64,000 bases of DNA from Octopus vulgaris (GCA_951406725.2 OX597816.1:119288001-119352000), one strand, 5' to 3'; positions 44,673 to 56,915 are shown, counted from the stretch's first letter. The notes: generated by a model not told the origin, from the letters alone. Numbers and translations are program-made.

Positions 44673-44677
<5 letters not shown>
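43973..44677 (-). mobile_element. Retrozyme-like element: 493-nt unit present as 1.43 head-to-tail copies, carrying a hammerhead ribozyme
   Basis: Identical-looking 212-bp direct repeats at 43973-44184 and 44466-44677, flanked by (TA)n on both sides. Non-coding. HHR on the minus strand. Confidence 0.8.
44096..44202 (-). ncRNA. Type I hammerhead ribozyme, canonical core, 58-nt loop 2
   Basis: Minus strand reads ATTTCTTA-CTGATGA-ATCTA-(58 nt)-TAGAT-GAAA-CGG-TGCA-TCG-TC^-TAAGAAAT. Stem I is 8 bp, stem II is 5 bp, and stem III is closed by a TGCA loop. GUC cleavage triplet, with the cut between 44104 and 44103. Confidence 0.85.
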
Positions 44678-44720
<43 letters not shown>

Positions 44721-44726
44721 GGAGGC

Positions 44727-44757
<31 letters not shown>

Positions 44758-44893
44758 GAACAAAGTGTACGTACGCCGCTATGTATATATATATATATAT
44801 ATATTTTTTTTTTGTACCGTCTATCTGGGTGTTTTGTTGTCCCTTTTTGTATCATCTAGTTGTCCGGATGTTTTGCGTTCTTGTCCCATTTTG

Positions 44894-44933
<40 letters not shown>

Positions 44934-45711
44934 CCGAGATACAGCAGGTGCAAACAACAAGCCTAAGACATCTCAATACATCTAAGGGAACATCCCCTTC
45001 TTTAGGAATGTACCAGATGTGACACAAGCTGCATAGATTCATGCAACACTATTAGATGCACAAAATCCTACACATAACGGACAGTTGCAGTGCCAAATCT
45101 ATTTTGTTTCTTTCAGGAATTATTATTATTATATTATTATTATTATATTTATATTATTATTTGATTGAACGCCACGCATCCATTTCCAATTAAGTTTATC
45201 CTAATCTTTTTGAAGCGACTCTACTCTATATTGTTTTCTCCCCCTATCATTTTCCCTCTCATCCTTTCTCTAACTTCTTTTTTCTCCCCTTCACCATTTT
45301 CTATCTGTCTCTCTCTACCCCTCATTCTCTTTTACACTCTCTCGTTGCTCACACGTGACCATCGTCCATCTTTATTTTCCTCATGTAATCATCTTTCTTT
45401 TCCTTCAGGGCTGTCCTAAAGACTGGACGTATCCTAACTCTCTCTTCTTCCTTTTCTCTTGTCAAAGAAAATATTTCTCTAGCGTTCGCTATTTTACCCT
45501 CGTTTTGGTCTAACAACCCTCCATAAATCCAAAATTTTATTTTGGTACTTATGGAGCAACTATCTTCGAAGACTCATATTGTCGTTCAATGCTCGAAATG
45601 AGGAGTAGATAGACAGCTGACAACTTTGACTTGTACCCATATATGCATGCATACATACATACATACATACATACATACATACATACATACATACATACAT
45701 ACATACATACA

Positions 45712-45788
<77 letters not shown>

Positions 45789-46026
45789 CAGAGAGAAGAA
45801 TCTGTTATATAAAATCATAATTAACTGATCCTCCAGTATTTTCTTTTACCTAAAGCTAGGAACTTTTCAGCACCTACTCGTATAGAAACGTGACTTTTCA
45901 AAAACTGCTGTAGATTTCTTACATTTTCAGTTTAGCTTTAGTCTTTCCTTCTTTGTAGATTATATTTTAATATTTGAGTGTAAGAAAAGTGAAACGATTT
46001 CATTTTGTATTCGAAACCGTTTGAGC

Positions 46027-46132
46027 TGATTCAACTCGCAGAGTATTTACTATTCACTCACTATATATGCCGCTCTCTGGCGACCATTCTGCAAAGTAAA
46101 CGACTAATGAAGACATATACCAATAAGTAATG

Positions 46133-46199
<67 letters not shown>

Positions 46200-46376
46200 A
46201 CACACACACTCGCGTATGCATGTAAGTATATTTACGCTACCATTTCTTATTGATGTGTGTGTGCGTTACCATTACTTAATGTGTACGTCTTTATTACTGG
46301 TTTACTTTGCAGAATGGTGGACAGAGAGTGGCGTATAAGTGAGTGAATAATAGTAAATGCTTTGCGAGTTGAATCA
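46027..46376. repeat. Imperfect fold-back with about 115-bp arms around a (CA)n spacer
   Basis: TGATTCAACTCGCAGAGTATTTACTATT...CCATTCTGCAAAGTAAAC...TAAGTAATGGTAAC versus GTTACCATTACTTA...GTTTACTTTGCAGAATGG...TGCGAGTTGAATCA. Confidence 0.85.
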
Positions 46377-47504
46377 ACACATACGTATGCATGTAAGTAT
46401 ATTTACGTTACCATTTCTTATATATATTAAATATGTGATTAAGAGGAGAGATCGTAAAAAATTATTACGTGGTGAGAAAGTAGCTTTAATAAAACTGAAA
46501 AAAGGTAATTTGATTAATATGACGTGGGATTAATATACAGGAGGAGGAGCAGAGGGGGGAGGATTGGAAGAGGAGGAAGTAAAAGAGGAGAAAGATGAAA
46601 GCTGGAGAAGTTGAAGGAGGTGGTGTTTCAGCTTAGAGCCTCTCCATCAAACCCAGATAAACCAATAAGAACGCAAACGAATTGAGAAAGAGACAGGAGA
46701 GAGAAGAGGTGAAACCAAGCAGTCAGCTTAATCAACAAAACAGCAGCATGACAAACAAAGTACGTCTGGTGCTTTTTATACTGTAAAGCTAGCCTCCCTC
46801 ACTATCTGCTTACTTCGTATAGTTTCATCGTCATCATTTTAGTTTCCGGAAATCGCTAGTAAAAGTCTGCCGTTGATGACCAATCAACATCGCATTAGCC
46901 TCTCTTGCTGCCTGGTTGCTGTTGTTACGTTTCACTGTTCACCACACCTTTTCTTCCCTCGAAGTTTTAGAACGAACAGAAAAAGCTATTATTTATTGTA
47001 TGACGAAGGTAGCGAATGTGTGCAAAGATATTTTATTCTCTATTATTGGTTTCAGCTATTGGACTTTTGAATGGTTGTATATTGATAATTTGAAACACAG
47101 ATGTCTCCAGCTTTTGACCTATCCAAGATTGGAACCCATGTAAATATTTAAACATAGCAAAGCAGAAAGAAAAAGAAAGAAAGAAAGAAAGAGAAAGAAA
47201 GGAAGGAAGGAAAAGAACGACAGAAAGAAAAGATAAAGGAAGTGAAAGAAAAACTAAAAACGATGAAGAATTGTAGGTTCCATTTCCGTCTTTAGATAAA
47301 ATTATTTTTATAATCATGTTGTTGTTACTTAATCCCGCTCAGTCATGGTCTAACAAACCTAAATTACTAAACGCGTTCCAGCCGTGACTCTTACGGATTT
47401 TCTTTTATTATTTTTATTTATTTATTTATTTAGTTTGTTTATTTGGTATATCAATAAATATATTTTCAAAATGTATTTTTTCTTGCATGAAGGATTTATT
47501 TTTC

Positions 47505-47548
<44 letters not shown>

Positions 47549-47550
<2 letters not shown>

Positions 47551-47752
47551 CCGCCATGATCGACCGCTAGCCACTAAACCTTTTTTTTATTCTCTCTCTG
47601 TTTATTTTTTCTCGTGTTCCCTTCTGTTGAAGAGCGTAGGCTCGAAACGTAAAACACTTTCTCACCTTCCCGAGCGTTTAAACTAATACACTTGTTTGTT
47701 GTTTATACACCTGTCTTCATCTTTTATTCTATTTTTTTTGTACATTCCAACT
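47549..47752 (+). mobile_element. Dispersed repeat, Penelope pseudo-LTR-like, with degenerate hammerhead motif
   Basis: CTGTTGAA-GAGC-GTAG-GCTC-GAAACGTA at about 47624-47651. A homologous copy lies on the opposite strand at 54256-54445. Embedded in TA/CA tracts. Confidence 0.6.
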
Positions 47753-47753
47753 G

Positions 47754-47844
<91 letters not shown>

Positions 47845-47934
47845 GAATACATATTTTATATATATACAACTACAGCCGCATACATACACGAGCAGATATA
47901 TATAAAAAGACGGGGAGAGAGAATCGTCAGTGCA

Positions 47935-48290
47935 TTTCTTCCGGCTTTACGATCTTAGTTCATTTTTTGCTGAGGTCGGCATCACTTTTCATCCTTTCGG
48001 GGTCGATAAATTAAGTACCAGTTACACACTGGGGTCGATGTAATCGACTTAATCCGTTTGTCTGTCCCTGTTTGTCCTCTCTGTGTTTTGCCCCTTGTGG
48101 GTAGTAAAGAAATAAGTATTTCGCTCGTCGCTACGATCTCAGTTCAAATTCCGCCGAGATCGACTTTGTCTTTCAACCTTTCAGGGTCGATAAATTAAGC
48201 ACCAGTTGCATACTGTGATTGATCTAATCGACTGGCCCCTCCCGCAAAATTTCAGGCCTTGTGCCTATAGTAGAAAAGATTATTATTATT
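47935..48290 (+). mobile_element. SINE family B dimeric arrangement with two different 3' tails
   Basis: The first unit ends TTAATCCGTTTGTCTGTCC...GTGGGTAGTAAAGAAATA. The second starts at GTATTTCG and ends GGCCTTGTGCCTATAGTAGAAAAG(ATT)n. Confidence 0.85.
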
Positions 48291-49194
48291 ACTATTTCAT
48301 GGTCATGGCTATGGCGAGTTTGCGAAAATATGAAAAAATTCTAAATATATAATTTACTACTTTAGATATTGAGTTCTTTCATATATTGACTACGGCAGGC
48401 TTCTTTCAGTTTCTGTCTACCAAATTCACTCACAAGGTTTTGGTTGACCCGGGGCTACAGCAGAAGACAGTTGCTCAACTCAAAGTGCCACGTAGTAGGA
48501 CTGAACCCAGAACCATGTAGATGAGAAGCCTGTGACGGAAAGGCAATAAATAACATCAGGATGTTCACGATTGGAAGACTTTTGACCAGAAATCTGCTCA
48601 ATCCTAGTTAATCTCGAGCTAAACAATAAAGCGTAATCAGTAAATATTGAAAAAATATATAAATTCATTGACATGTTTGTGTAGGATTACTACTTGAGCA
48701 TTAAAAAAAGATATGCAGTGTGAACATGTGAGCCATAGTGCGTGTTCGACCGACGAATGAAAAAATATCTATATATCTAACAAAAAGGTATATTACCTTG
48801 AAGATTTATCACACTGAAATTTCTACCAAGCCAGTGCATGATACATAAAAGCCAGGTGTGAGATTATTCGACAAATATCAAGTGACAGCAGAAGCCATTT
48901 TTTATTTATGAAGTGAAATACTGAGCGTATGAGTCACACACGATACCTATAAAGTGGAGAGAGGTGTTGGCTCCCTTTTTACGATCAACTCATCCTAATG
49001 ATGTTTCGTTAGATTCTGTCGAAGATTATAAAATTAGTTCCAGCCCATAGTTTGCCTAAATTTATCTTGTTTTTCTACATAAATTTTTTCCTAATCTGAA
49101 AGGATCATATTCTTTCCTATTAGTGTTACTGCTGCACATACCTTCATTCTGCCGAAAAGCCTTCTATCACTACAATTACTTATGTCGTCCATTA

Positions 49195-49275
<81 letters not shown>

Positions 49276-50192
49276 ACGATATTATTCATGCTTTTTGATT
49301 TATATATTTCTCGTTCTCCTCATAACTCATCCATTTAATCGTTCGCTTTTCTAGACCCTCGTCTTTTTGTTGCACTTCTCTTATTTAGTCTCATGTTTAC
49401 TTTTTTACACCTCAGTGGCTTTTTGTTGTTGACGCCACCAGGGTTAAAAATTATTATCGATAAGGCGTCGAGACTGTGATGATTTTTCGGCCGATATCCG
49501 ATGAGGGGTGAGCTTGTCTGCGTCTTGTGTGCATTTTCCTGTTTTCCGTATGTCTTCTCGTCGTCCTCCTGTGGCACATTTTACTATAATATACATAATA
49601 TATTATGCTAGAGTTTTACCTGACATACGACAGGTACTGTTGGAAGTATACCTTTACCACTATGGATAATAGAAAATATGGTGTACATACTATAATCATA
49701 TTTGAACTCATCAAATTTCCTGGTACTTATACAAAATACTGAAACGAATACAATTTTTCAAAAGAAAACTATTTATTACCATAAAATAAAACTAAATAAA
49801 ACATTAATACATTCCAGCAGATTGGAACGTGAATTTAATAATCATTGTTGTATTTTGTCTCAGGAAAACAACTTATTTCTCATTTGTATAATTCCTCCCG
49901 TAAATACTCTGTCATTTACTCATTTAATCCATCTCTTCCTCCTCGCTTTCCTCATTCTATGTTTCTGTAGTATTCTTTTATTGTATACGACGAAGCCTAG
50001 TATGTTCACTCATCTTGCACTTTCTTCTTAACTCTATTTGTGCCTCATTTTACTCTTACTTTCCTCTCACTATGATATAAACAGTGGCTAGCCAAATCAA
50101 TCAACCAACCAACCAACTGGTATTTAATATCAACTATTATTGCATAGGCACAAATATTATTCTTTCCCAAATAAATTTCCCTGCATATTCCA

Positions 50193-50273
50193 GGCTCCGA
50201 TGAAGCTATAAGGTGTTACTCAAGCACTCGACTATGAGTCCATTGCATCATATAGCAGAAACAGCTGTAAGCT
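50193..50273 (+). ncRNA. Hammerhead-like motif with U4C core change and long loop 2
   Basis: GGCT-CCGATGA-A-GCTATA-(40 nt)-TATAGC-A-GAAA-C-AGCT-G-TA^-AGCT. Confidence 0.55.
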
Positions 50274-50507
50274 AATGAAGTTTATAAGATAATCATGAAT
50301 TCTTTTGTCATCTCTCTTTCTTATTTCCACTCCATGCTAAGCCAACACTTACTTCTGAAACATACATGTATTGAGTTCTTCATAGGGTTTCGCAATGTCA
50401 AAGCGATGTTATACGTGTGTGCGTGCGTGTGTGTGTGTTAAATAAAATGAGACAACAAAAGCCAAGGCAGTGTATAATTTCTAGGACATTTTATAAAGAG
50501 AAAGGTA

Positions 50508-50555
50508 GTCTTACAGCTGTTTCAGAAATATAAAAGATATTCTATCATCAGAGAC
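50508..50555 (-). ncRNA. Minimal type I hammerhead ribozyme, canonical core
   Basis: Minus strand reads GTCT-CTGATGA-T-AGAA-TATCTTTTATAT-TTCT-GAAA-C-AGCT-G-TA^-AGAC. Stem I GTCT/AGAC, palindromic ACAGCTGT stem III. Confidence 0.7.
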
Positions 50556-50699
50556 GATATGAGAGAGTTAAATAGAAGGAAATAGTAGAGTTCAATACAA
50601 GAATTTATTTTGGAAAGGGAGAGATATCGGAGGTACAAAGGTAAATATAAGAATAAAAAAAAATATATGTTGGATGTTAAACTTGCAGTTTTAATATCC

Positions 50700-50780
<81 letters not shown>

Positions 50781-50798
50781 CGTGGGTGTGTGTGTATG

Positions 50799-50853
<55 letters not shown>

Positions 50854-50906
50854 GTGTGTATGTATATATATGTATATATACATGTATGTATATATATATA
50901 TATATA

Positions 50907-53900
50907 CTACCCACTATATACCAGACCACCACAGCAAACAGACACAGGATGGACACCGCCGGCAACAACGTACACCTCACCTCGATACTCCTACTGAACA
51001 TCAGAGGACTGCAAACACTCAGTAACAGGACAAAGATCCCGTTCCTGAGAGACTTTGTTGCATGCAATCAAGCCATATGCATAGCACTTACAGAAACGCA
51101 CCTGAAACCGGACATAGCAGATGCGGAGTTACACATACCACAGTATGCTGTACTACGGACCGACAGGAAAGAAAGGAGTCATGGAGGTGTTGCTATGTAC
51201 ATCCGTGAGGACCTCACACCCCAGGTCCTCTTGTCATACTCAAACTCGGTGTGTGACACACTAATTGTACATATTAGGCAACTTGATGTAGTTGTGTGTG
51301 CTACATATCGCCCTCCAGATGCCCCAAGCCATGTGGGCAAGTTTGAAGACTGCCTTATAAAAATAGAAGAAATTCTAACCACATTGGAACAACACATAGG
51401 TGTGCTTCTTATGGGAGACTTCAATCTGCCCAATGTCAGATGGCCCGAGGGCCTTTCTCTCCCAGGAATGACAAGATGTGAACGAGGACAGGCGAGGTCC
51501 CTCCTGAACCTCATCAACACCCTGTACATGGAGCAGGTAATACTCCAACCAACCAGGGCAGGTAACACACTGAATCTCTGCTTCACAAATGACATGGATC
51601 TCATCCATAATGTGAAAGTGACACCGACACTACTCTCGGATCACAACATGATAGAGCTGACCAAAAGAGTACGGGCCAAAAGAGAGCACGGACATGCAGC
51701 CTACAAGAAACCCTCAAAATCTTTCCAGCTTGAACTACCATAAGGCAAACTGGAAACAAATTGAGAAAGAGATCCTCAAACAAAACTGGCCTAAATGTCT
51801 CTCCTCGCCAGACATCGACGTGAAACTCCAACAATTCATGTCTGTAATGCAAGCCATATGCTACAAATGTGTCCCAGAGAGAAAGGCCACTGTACACAAG
51901 AACAAAATCCCCAGAGAGAGGAAAATTTTAATGAGACGGCGTACGAAATTTTCAAATCGCCTAAACAAACAGATTGAAAGCAGTGAAAAGTCCCGCCTAA
52001 AAATAAAACTGTTGGAAATCTAAAAATGTCTGCAACTCTCCCATGAAAAAGAAAGAGCAGACAAAGAAGCCTGGGCTATAGAAAACATAAAATCTAACCC
52101 CAGAGCTTTCTACAGGTATGCCAAAGAAACAGCTACAGTGCACTGTAGAATAGGGCCACTCCTCGAAAAGGATGGCACACTTACAGGAAAACCAATGAGG
52201 GTAAGTGAAATACTGAATGAGCAATTCAAGAGTGTTTTCACTCCACCCCTTGGGCATCTCCAAATCACCAATCCAACTGACTTTTTTACCACTGCAGATA
52301 TAAAATCAGAGGCGGCGACGATAGATTACATCGATATAAAGGAAGACGATGTAACCAAGGCTATAGATGAAATGAAAATAGACTCAGCTACTGGCCCCGA
52401 TGGATTCCCGGCGATCCTCCTAAAAGCATGTAAGAGAGTCCTAGCAAGACCACTGCAGTTCCTCTTTCAGAGCTTCCTTGCAGCTGGCAAACTTCCAGGA
52501 AAACTGAAGGAAGGTAAAATATGCCCCATTCATAAAGGAGGTAGCAGAGCGGAAGCCAAGAACTATAGACCTATCTCTCTGACCTCACACATCAGCAAGG
52601 TCATGGAACGAATAGTCAGAAGGAAGCTGATCACCTTCCTTGAAGAGAATGACTTGCTGCCCGACACCCAACATGGTTTCCGACCAGGGAGAAGCTGTTT
52701 AACTCAGCTCCTACAACACTATGACTGGGTGCTGAAACGGCTGCTCAACCACTCAAATGTGGAAGTGATATATCTCGACTTTGCAAAGGCCTTTGATAAA
52801 GTCGATCATGGAATGATATGTCACAAAGTGCGTGATCTCAACATAGTTGGAAAACTGGGAGAATGGCTTCATGACTTTCTGAAGGATAGAAGTCAGGTGG
52901 TAGTAGCCAATGGGGCCACCTCCATTAACACACAAATAGTGAGCGGTGTTCCGCAGGGCACTGTTCTGGGACCACTACTGTTCATAATGGCCCTCTCAGA
53001 CATGCCCTCAGCCACGCAGAGAGCCACGATCACAAGTTATGCAGATGATACAAAAGTTTCACAGGCAATACAGAACCCTGAGGACACTAAACACCTGCAA
53101 TGTGAGCTGGACGAAATATACAAGTGGGCTGAAAAGAATAGCATGCAGTTCAATGCTGGAAAGTTTCAAGCTTTATACTATCAGCATGCAAAACTGAATG
53201 CAATACCCAATGAATACACTGGACCCGGAGGGATTGCAATCCCAGAGGCACAATCAGTGCGTGACCTGGGTATTCACATGAGTGATGACGCGACCTTTCA
53301 TGTACATGTTGCTAAACTGACAATGAAATGTAGACGGCTGGCTGGATGGATTCTTAGAACCTTTAGAACAAGAGAACAAGAAACCATGATGGTCCTCTGG
53401 AAGACACTTGTCCTAAGCCACTTTGACTATTGCTCTCAGCTATGGTCACCATCCACTGTCAAGTTGATCACAGAACTTGAGGCGATCCAACGAAGCTACA
53501 CGAAGAAGATAGCCTCTATGCAGAATGTAAGCTACTGGGAAAGACTCAAGAGATTAAAATTATATTCCCTGGAGCGTAGGCGGGAAAGATATGCCATAAT
53601 ATACATCTGGAAGATCCTGGAGGGAAGTGTCCTGAACTTTGGCATCGAGAGTTACGCAAATGCCAGAACTGGGCGCCACTGCGTGGTGCCTAGGACTCCA
53701 AACCTGCCATCAAGATGTAGGACAAGATTCTGTGATAGCCTGGGCTTCCGAGGCCCACATCAATATCCTATGAGAGACCTGCATGGGGTGGATACAGATG
53801 TCTTTAAAATGAAGCTGGATCTCTTCCTGTCAGGTGTATATCACGGCAGGATGGGCAGATGATATGCATCGAACTCTCTCATGCACCAAATAGCAGTTGC

Positions 53901-53937
53901 TAGAAAGCCTCCATGAAGTGAAACCAAGTAGTGGCGG
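50907..53937 (+). mobile_element. Non-LTR retrotransposon (CR1-group LINE), 5'-truncated, covering ORF2 (APE endonuclease + reverse transcriptase); disrupted
   Basis: APE motifs LLNIRGL, IALTETHL, RTDR..HGGVAMYI, ATYRPP, LMGDFNLP and SDHNMI. RT motifs ATGPDG, KNYRPISLTS, QHGFRPGRSC, YLDFAKAFDKVDH, GVPQGTVLGPLLF and YADD (53038-53049). CR1-type C-terminus YCSQLWSP...YWERLKRLKLYSLERRR. Flanked on both sides by TA/TG microsatellites. Confidence 0.95.
50949..53862 (+). pseudogene. LINE ORF2 (endonuclease-reverse transcriptase) pseudogene
   Basis: Split over ORFs 50610-51743, 51694-52023 and 52138-53862. Frameshift near 51660-51700 and in-frame TAA at 52021-52023. APE motif reads TLNL instead of the usual TLDL. 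Probable start ATG at 50949. Confidence 0.9.
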
Positions 53938-53973
53938 TGTGTGTGTGTGTATATATACATGTATGTATGTATA

Positions 53974-54030
<57 letters not shown>

Positions 54031-54121
54031 GTATATATACAATGTACATGTATGTATGTATATATATATATATACATGTATGTATGTATATATATATATA
54101 TGTCATGTATGTATGTATGTA

Positions 54122-54208
<87 letters not shown>

Positions 54209-54255
54209 GTGCATATGTATATATATATGCATACGTACATATATATATATATATA

Positions 54256-54445
54256 TTTGAAATTTACAGAAAAATAGAAGACGAAAACAGGTGTGTAAAC
54301 AACAAACACGTGTATTAGTTTAACGCTCGGAGAAGGTGAGAAAGTCTTTTACGTTTCGAGCCTACGCTCTTCAACAGAACGGAACATGAGAAACAGAGAA
54401 TAAAAAAATTTTGGAGCTAGTGGTCAATCATTGCGGCTGGCTGGA
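54256..54445 (-). mobile_element. Second copy of the 47.5-kb pseudo-LTR-like repeat
   Basis: Reverse complement reads TTCTGTTGAAGAGCGTAGGCTCGAAACGTAAAAGACTTTCTCACCTTCTCCGAGCGTTAAACTAATACAC, nearly identical to 47622-47690. Confidence 0.7.
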
Positions 54446-54508
54446 CAAAGATAGTTAGACAGGAGAGCTAGGAAGAACGGGAGATAATAAAGTATTGGTG
54501 ATCCCCAT

Positions 54509-54596
54509 TCGTACCGAATGCAATTCTCGAAGCAAGTGATTTAAAAACAGAATTCTATTTTTGAATTACTTGCGTCGAGAGTTGCATTCGGTACGA
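54509..54596. repeat. 88-bp spacerless imperfect palindrome centred on GAATTC
   Basis: 44-bp arms with 5 non-Watson-Crick positions, 3 of which are G-U on the plus strand. Confidence 0.9.
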
Positions 54597-54675
54597 TGTG
54601 TTCATTTATTTTGATAGTTTTGACTTTAATAGTCCCCCCCTAGCGTGTGGCGTTTATGTATAGTAATGCCCTCTG

Positions 54676-54721
<46 letters not shown>

Positions 54722-54725
<4 letters not shown>

Positions 54726-54915
54726 AATTCAAATAAACGAATAAAAACGGACAGCATGAGGATGTGCATAAGAAATGTAGTATTTTGACCTTCGGTGAAA
54801 GGAGAGAGTTTGATGTTTCGAACATAGCTCTTCGTCGGATATGAGAAAGGGAAAAGTCCAAAGGTGGAGAAGAAATCGGCAATAGTAAACGGAAGTAGAA
54901 AGAGATAAAGTGGCT
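54722..54915 (-). mobile_element. Diverged relative of the same pseudo-LTR-like repeat
   Basis: Reverse complement contains CCGACGAA-GAGC-TAT-GTTC-GAAACATC-AAACTCTCTCCTTTCACCGAAGGTCAAAATACTAC, collinear with the 47.6- and 54.3-kb copies. Abuts (TA)n. Confidence 0.5.
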
Positions 54916-55426
54916 TTTTGAGACAGGAGAGTGTGAAGATGTGTGTGGGACAGGAGAATGTGAAGATGTGTGCGTGGCAGTATATGTGTGCGCACGTGTT
55001 TGTGTGAGTATGTGTGTATGTGTCTGTATGTGTGTGTCGTTTTGAGTTTGTGTGGGTGGTATGTGTGTGTGTGTGTGGTAGATTCTGTGTGGCGTGTATG
55101 TTTGTGTATATGTGTGTGTGGTAGTATCAGTGTGCCTGCGTTAGTGTGAGCAGTATGTGTATGTAGTATCGGCACATGGGACAAAAAAGACGAGATAGTC
55201 ACAACTGTTAGTCTTTTGAGTATGAGAATGTCTTATCATATTTGTTTTGGGGCCATTCAACAACAGTACCCAGTTATATATCCACACATATGTAACTAAG
55301 AAAATGTATTTGTATTTACTCTAATAACATTAAACAGAATCACGCACAAACGTCCTTGCAGTCATAATTTCTATTCTTTTCACGATCTTCTATTATTCTC
55401 TCTGTCTCTGTCTGATTGTCTGTCTG

Positions 55427-55457
<31 letters not shown>

Positions 55458-55462
55458 ATCTA

Positions 55463-55505
<43 letters not shown>

Positions 55506-55525
55506 TTGTCTTTCTCTAACTCAAT

Positions 55526-55560
<35 letters not shown>

Positions 55561-55798
55561 CATCCTCTCCTGCGTCTTCTTTTTGCCGCAGTCTTTTTGT
55601 CTTTCTCTAACTCAATTCAATCATCATACATCGTCAGTGTCATCGTCACTATAGTAACCCCAATCATAATCATCACTATCATCATCACCATCACCAGCAC
55701 CACTACCAGTCATCATCATCATCATGATGACAGCGATGATGACTAGCAACATCATCGTCATCATCATCTTTGTTACTATCATCAACATCATCTTTGTT

Positions 55799-55830
<32 letters not shown>

Positions 55831-56434
55831 TATCATCACCGTCATCGTCGTTACCATTATCATCGACGTTGTTGCCATCATCATCATTGCTATCGTATTC
55901 GTTCAGAGAAACCGCCAAAATGACAGCCAGACTATAACAGTGATATCTCTACTTATCTTATAATAAGGTCAACCCCATCAAACGATATCATATCGGTTCG
56001 TATGGGAGAGCGCGAACATTTTGTTTTCTCTTTTCCCGCTCTTTCACGGGTAAACATCAAAACAATAACAATAACAACACACCAACAACAAGAACAAAGT
56101 TATTGTCATCGGCTGTTTAAATGTTACAAGGAAAGCCACGTGCTTTCCCGCTCGCCGTCACATGATGTGGCTATTGTGTTGGCCGATACCGACGCCAGAT
56201 GGCAGTGCAAGCAAAGCTAATTGAACAGACGACAAGTGAATGGTCGATGTCTTTTTTTCTGTTTCGGTTTTTTGTTTTTGTTTTTTTTTAATTTTATCTT
56301 AATTTACTTTTTGATCTATTAATTTTTTGTGAGAGATGTGAAGATGCTGTTGCTTAATAAGTGAACTTTGATGGTGGTGAAGGTGGTGAAGGTGGTGTTG
56401 TTGAGTTTTAGGGGCATGGCGATGAAAAGAATGA

Positions 56435-56915
<481 letters not shown>

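Noticed and set aside
43973-44677. Interpretation as an LTR element or TRIM
   Set aside because: The repeats lack paired TG...CA ends, a primer-binding site, a clear polypurine tract and a TSD. The repeat boundary cuts through a hammerhead, which fits a permuted tandem unit better.
49335-49577. 80-aa non-repetitive minus-strand ORF
   Set aside because: No recognisable domain, and its length is within chance expectation.
50610-50948. N-terminal extension of the 377-aa ORF
   Set aside because: Read-through of flanking TA/TG microsatellite. LINE homology starts near 50907-50949.
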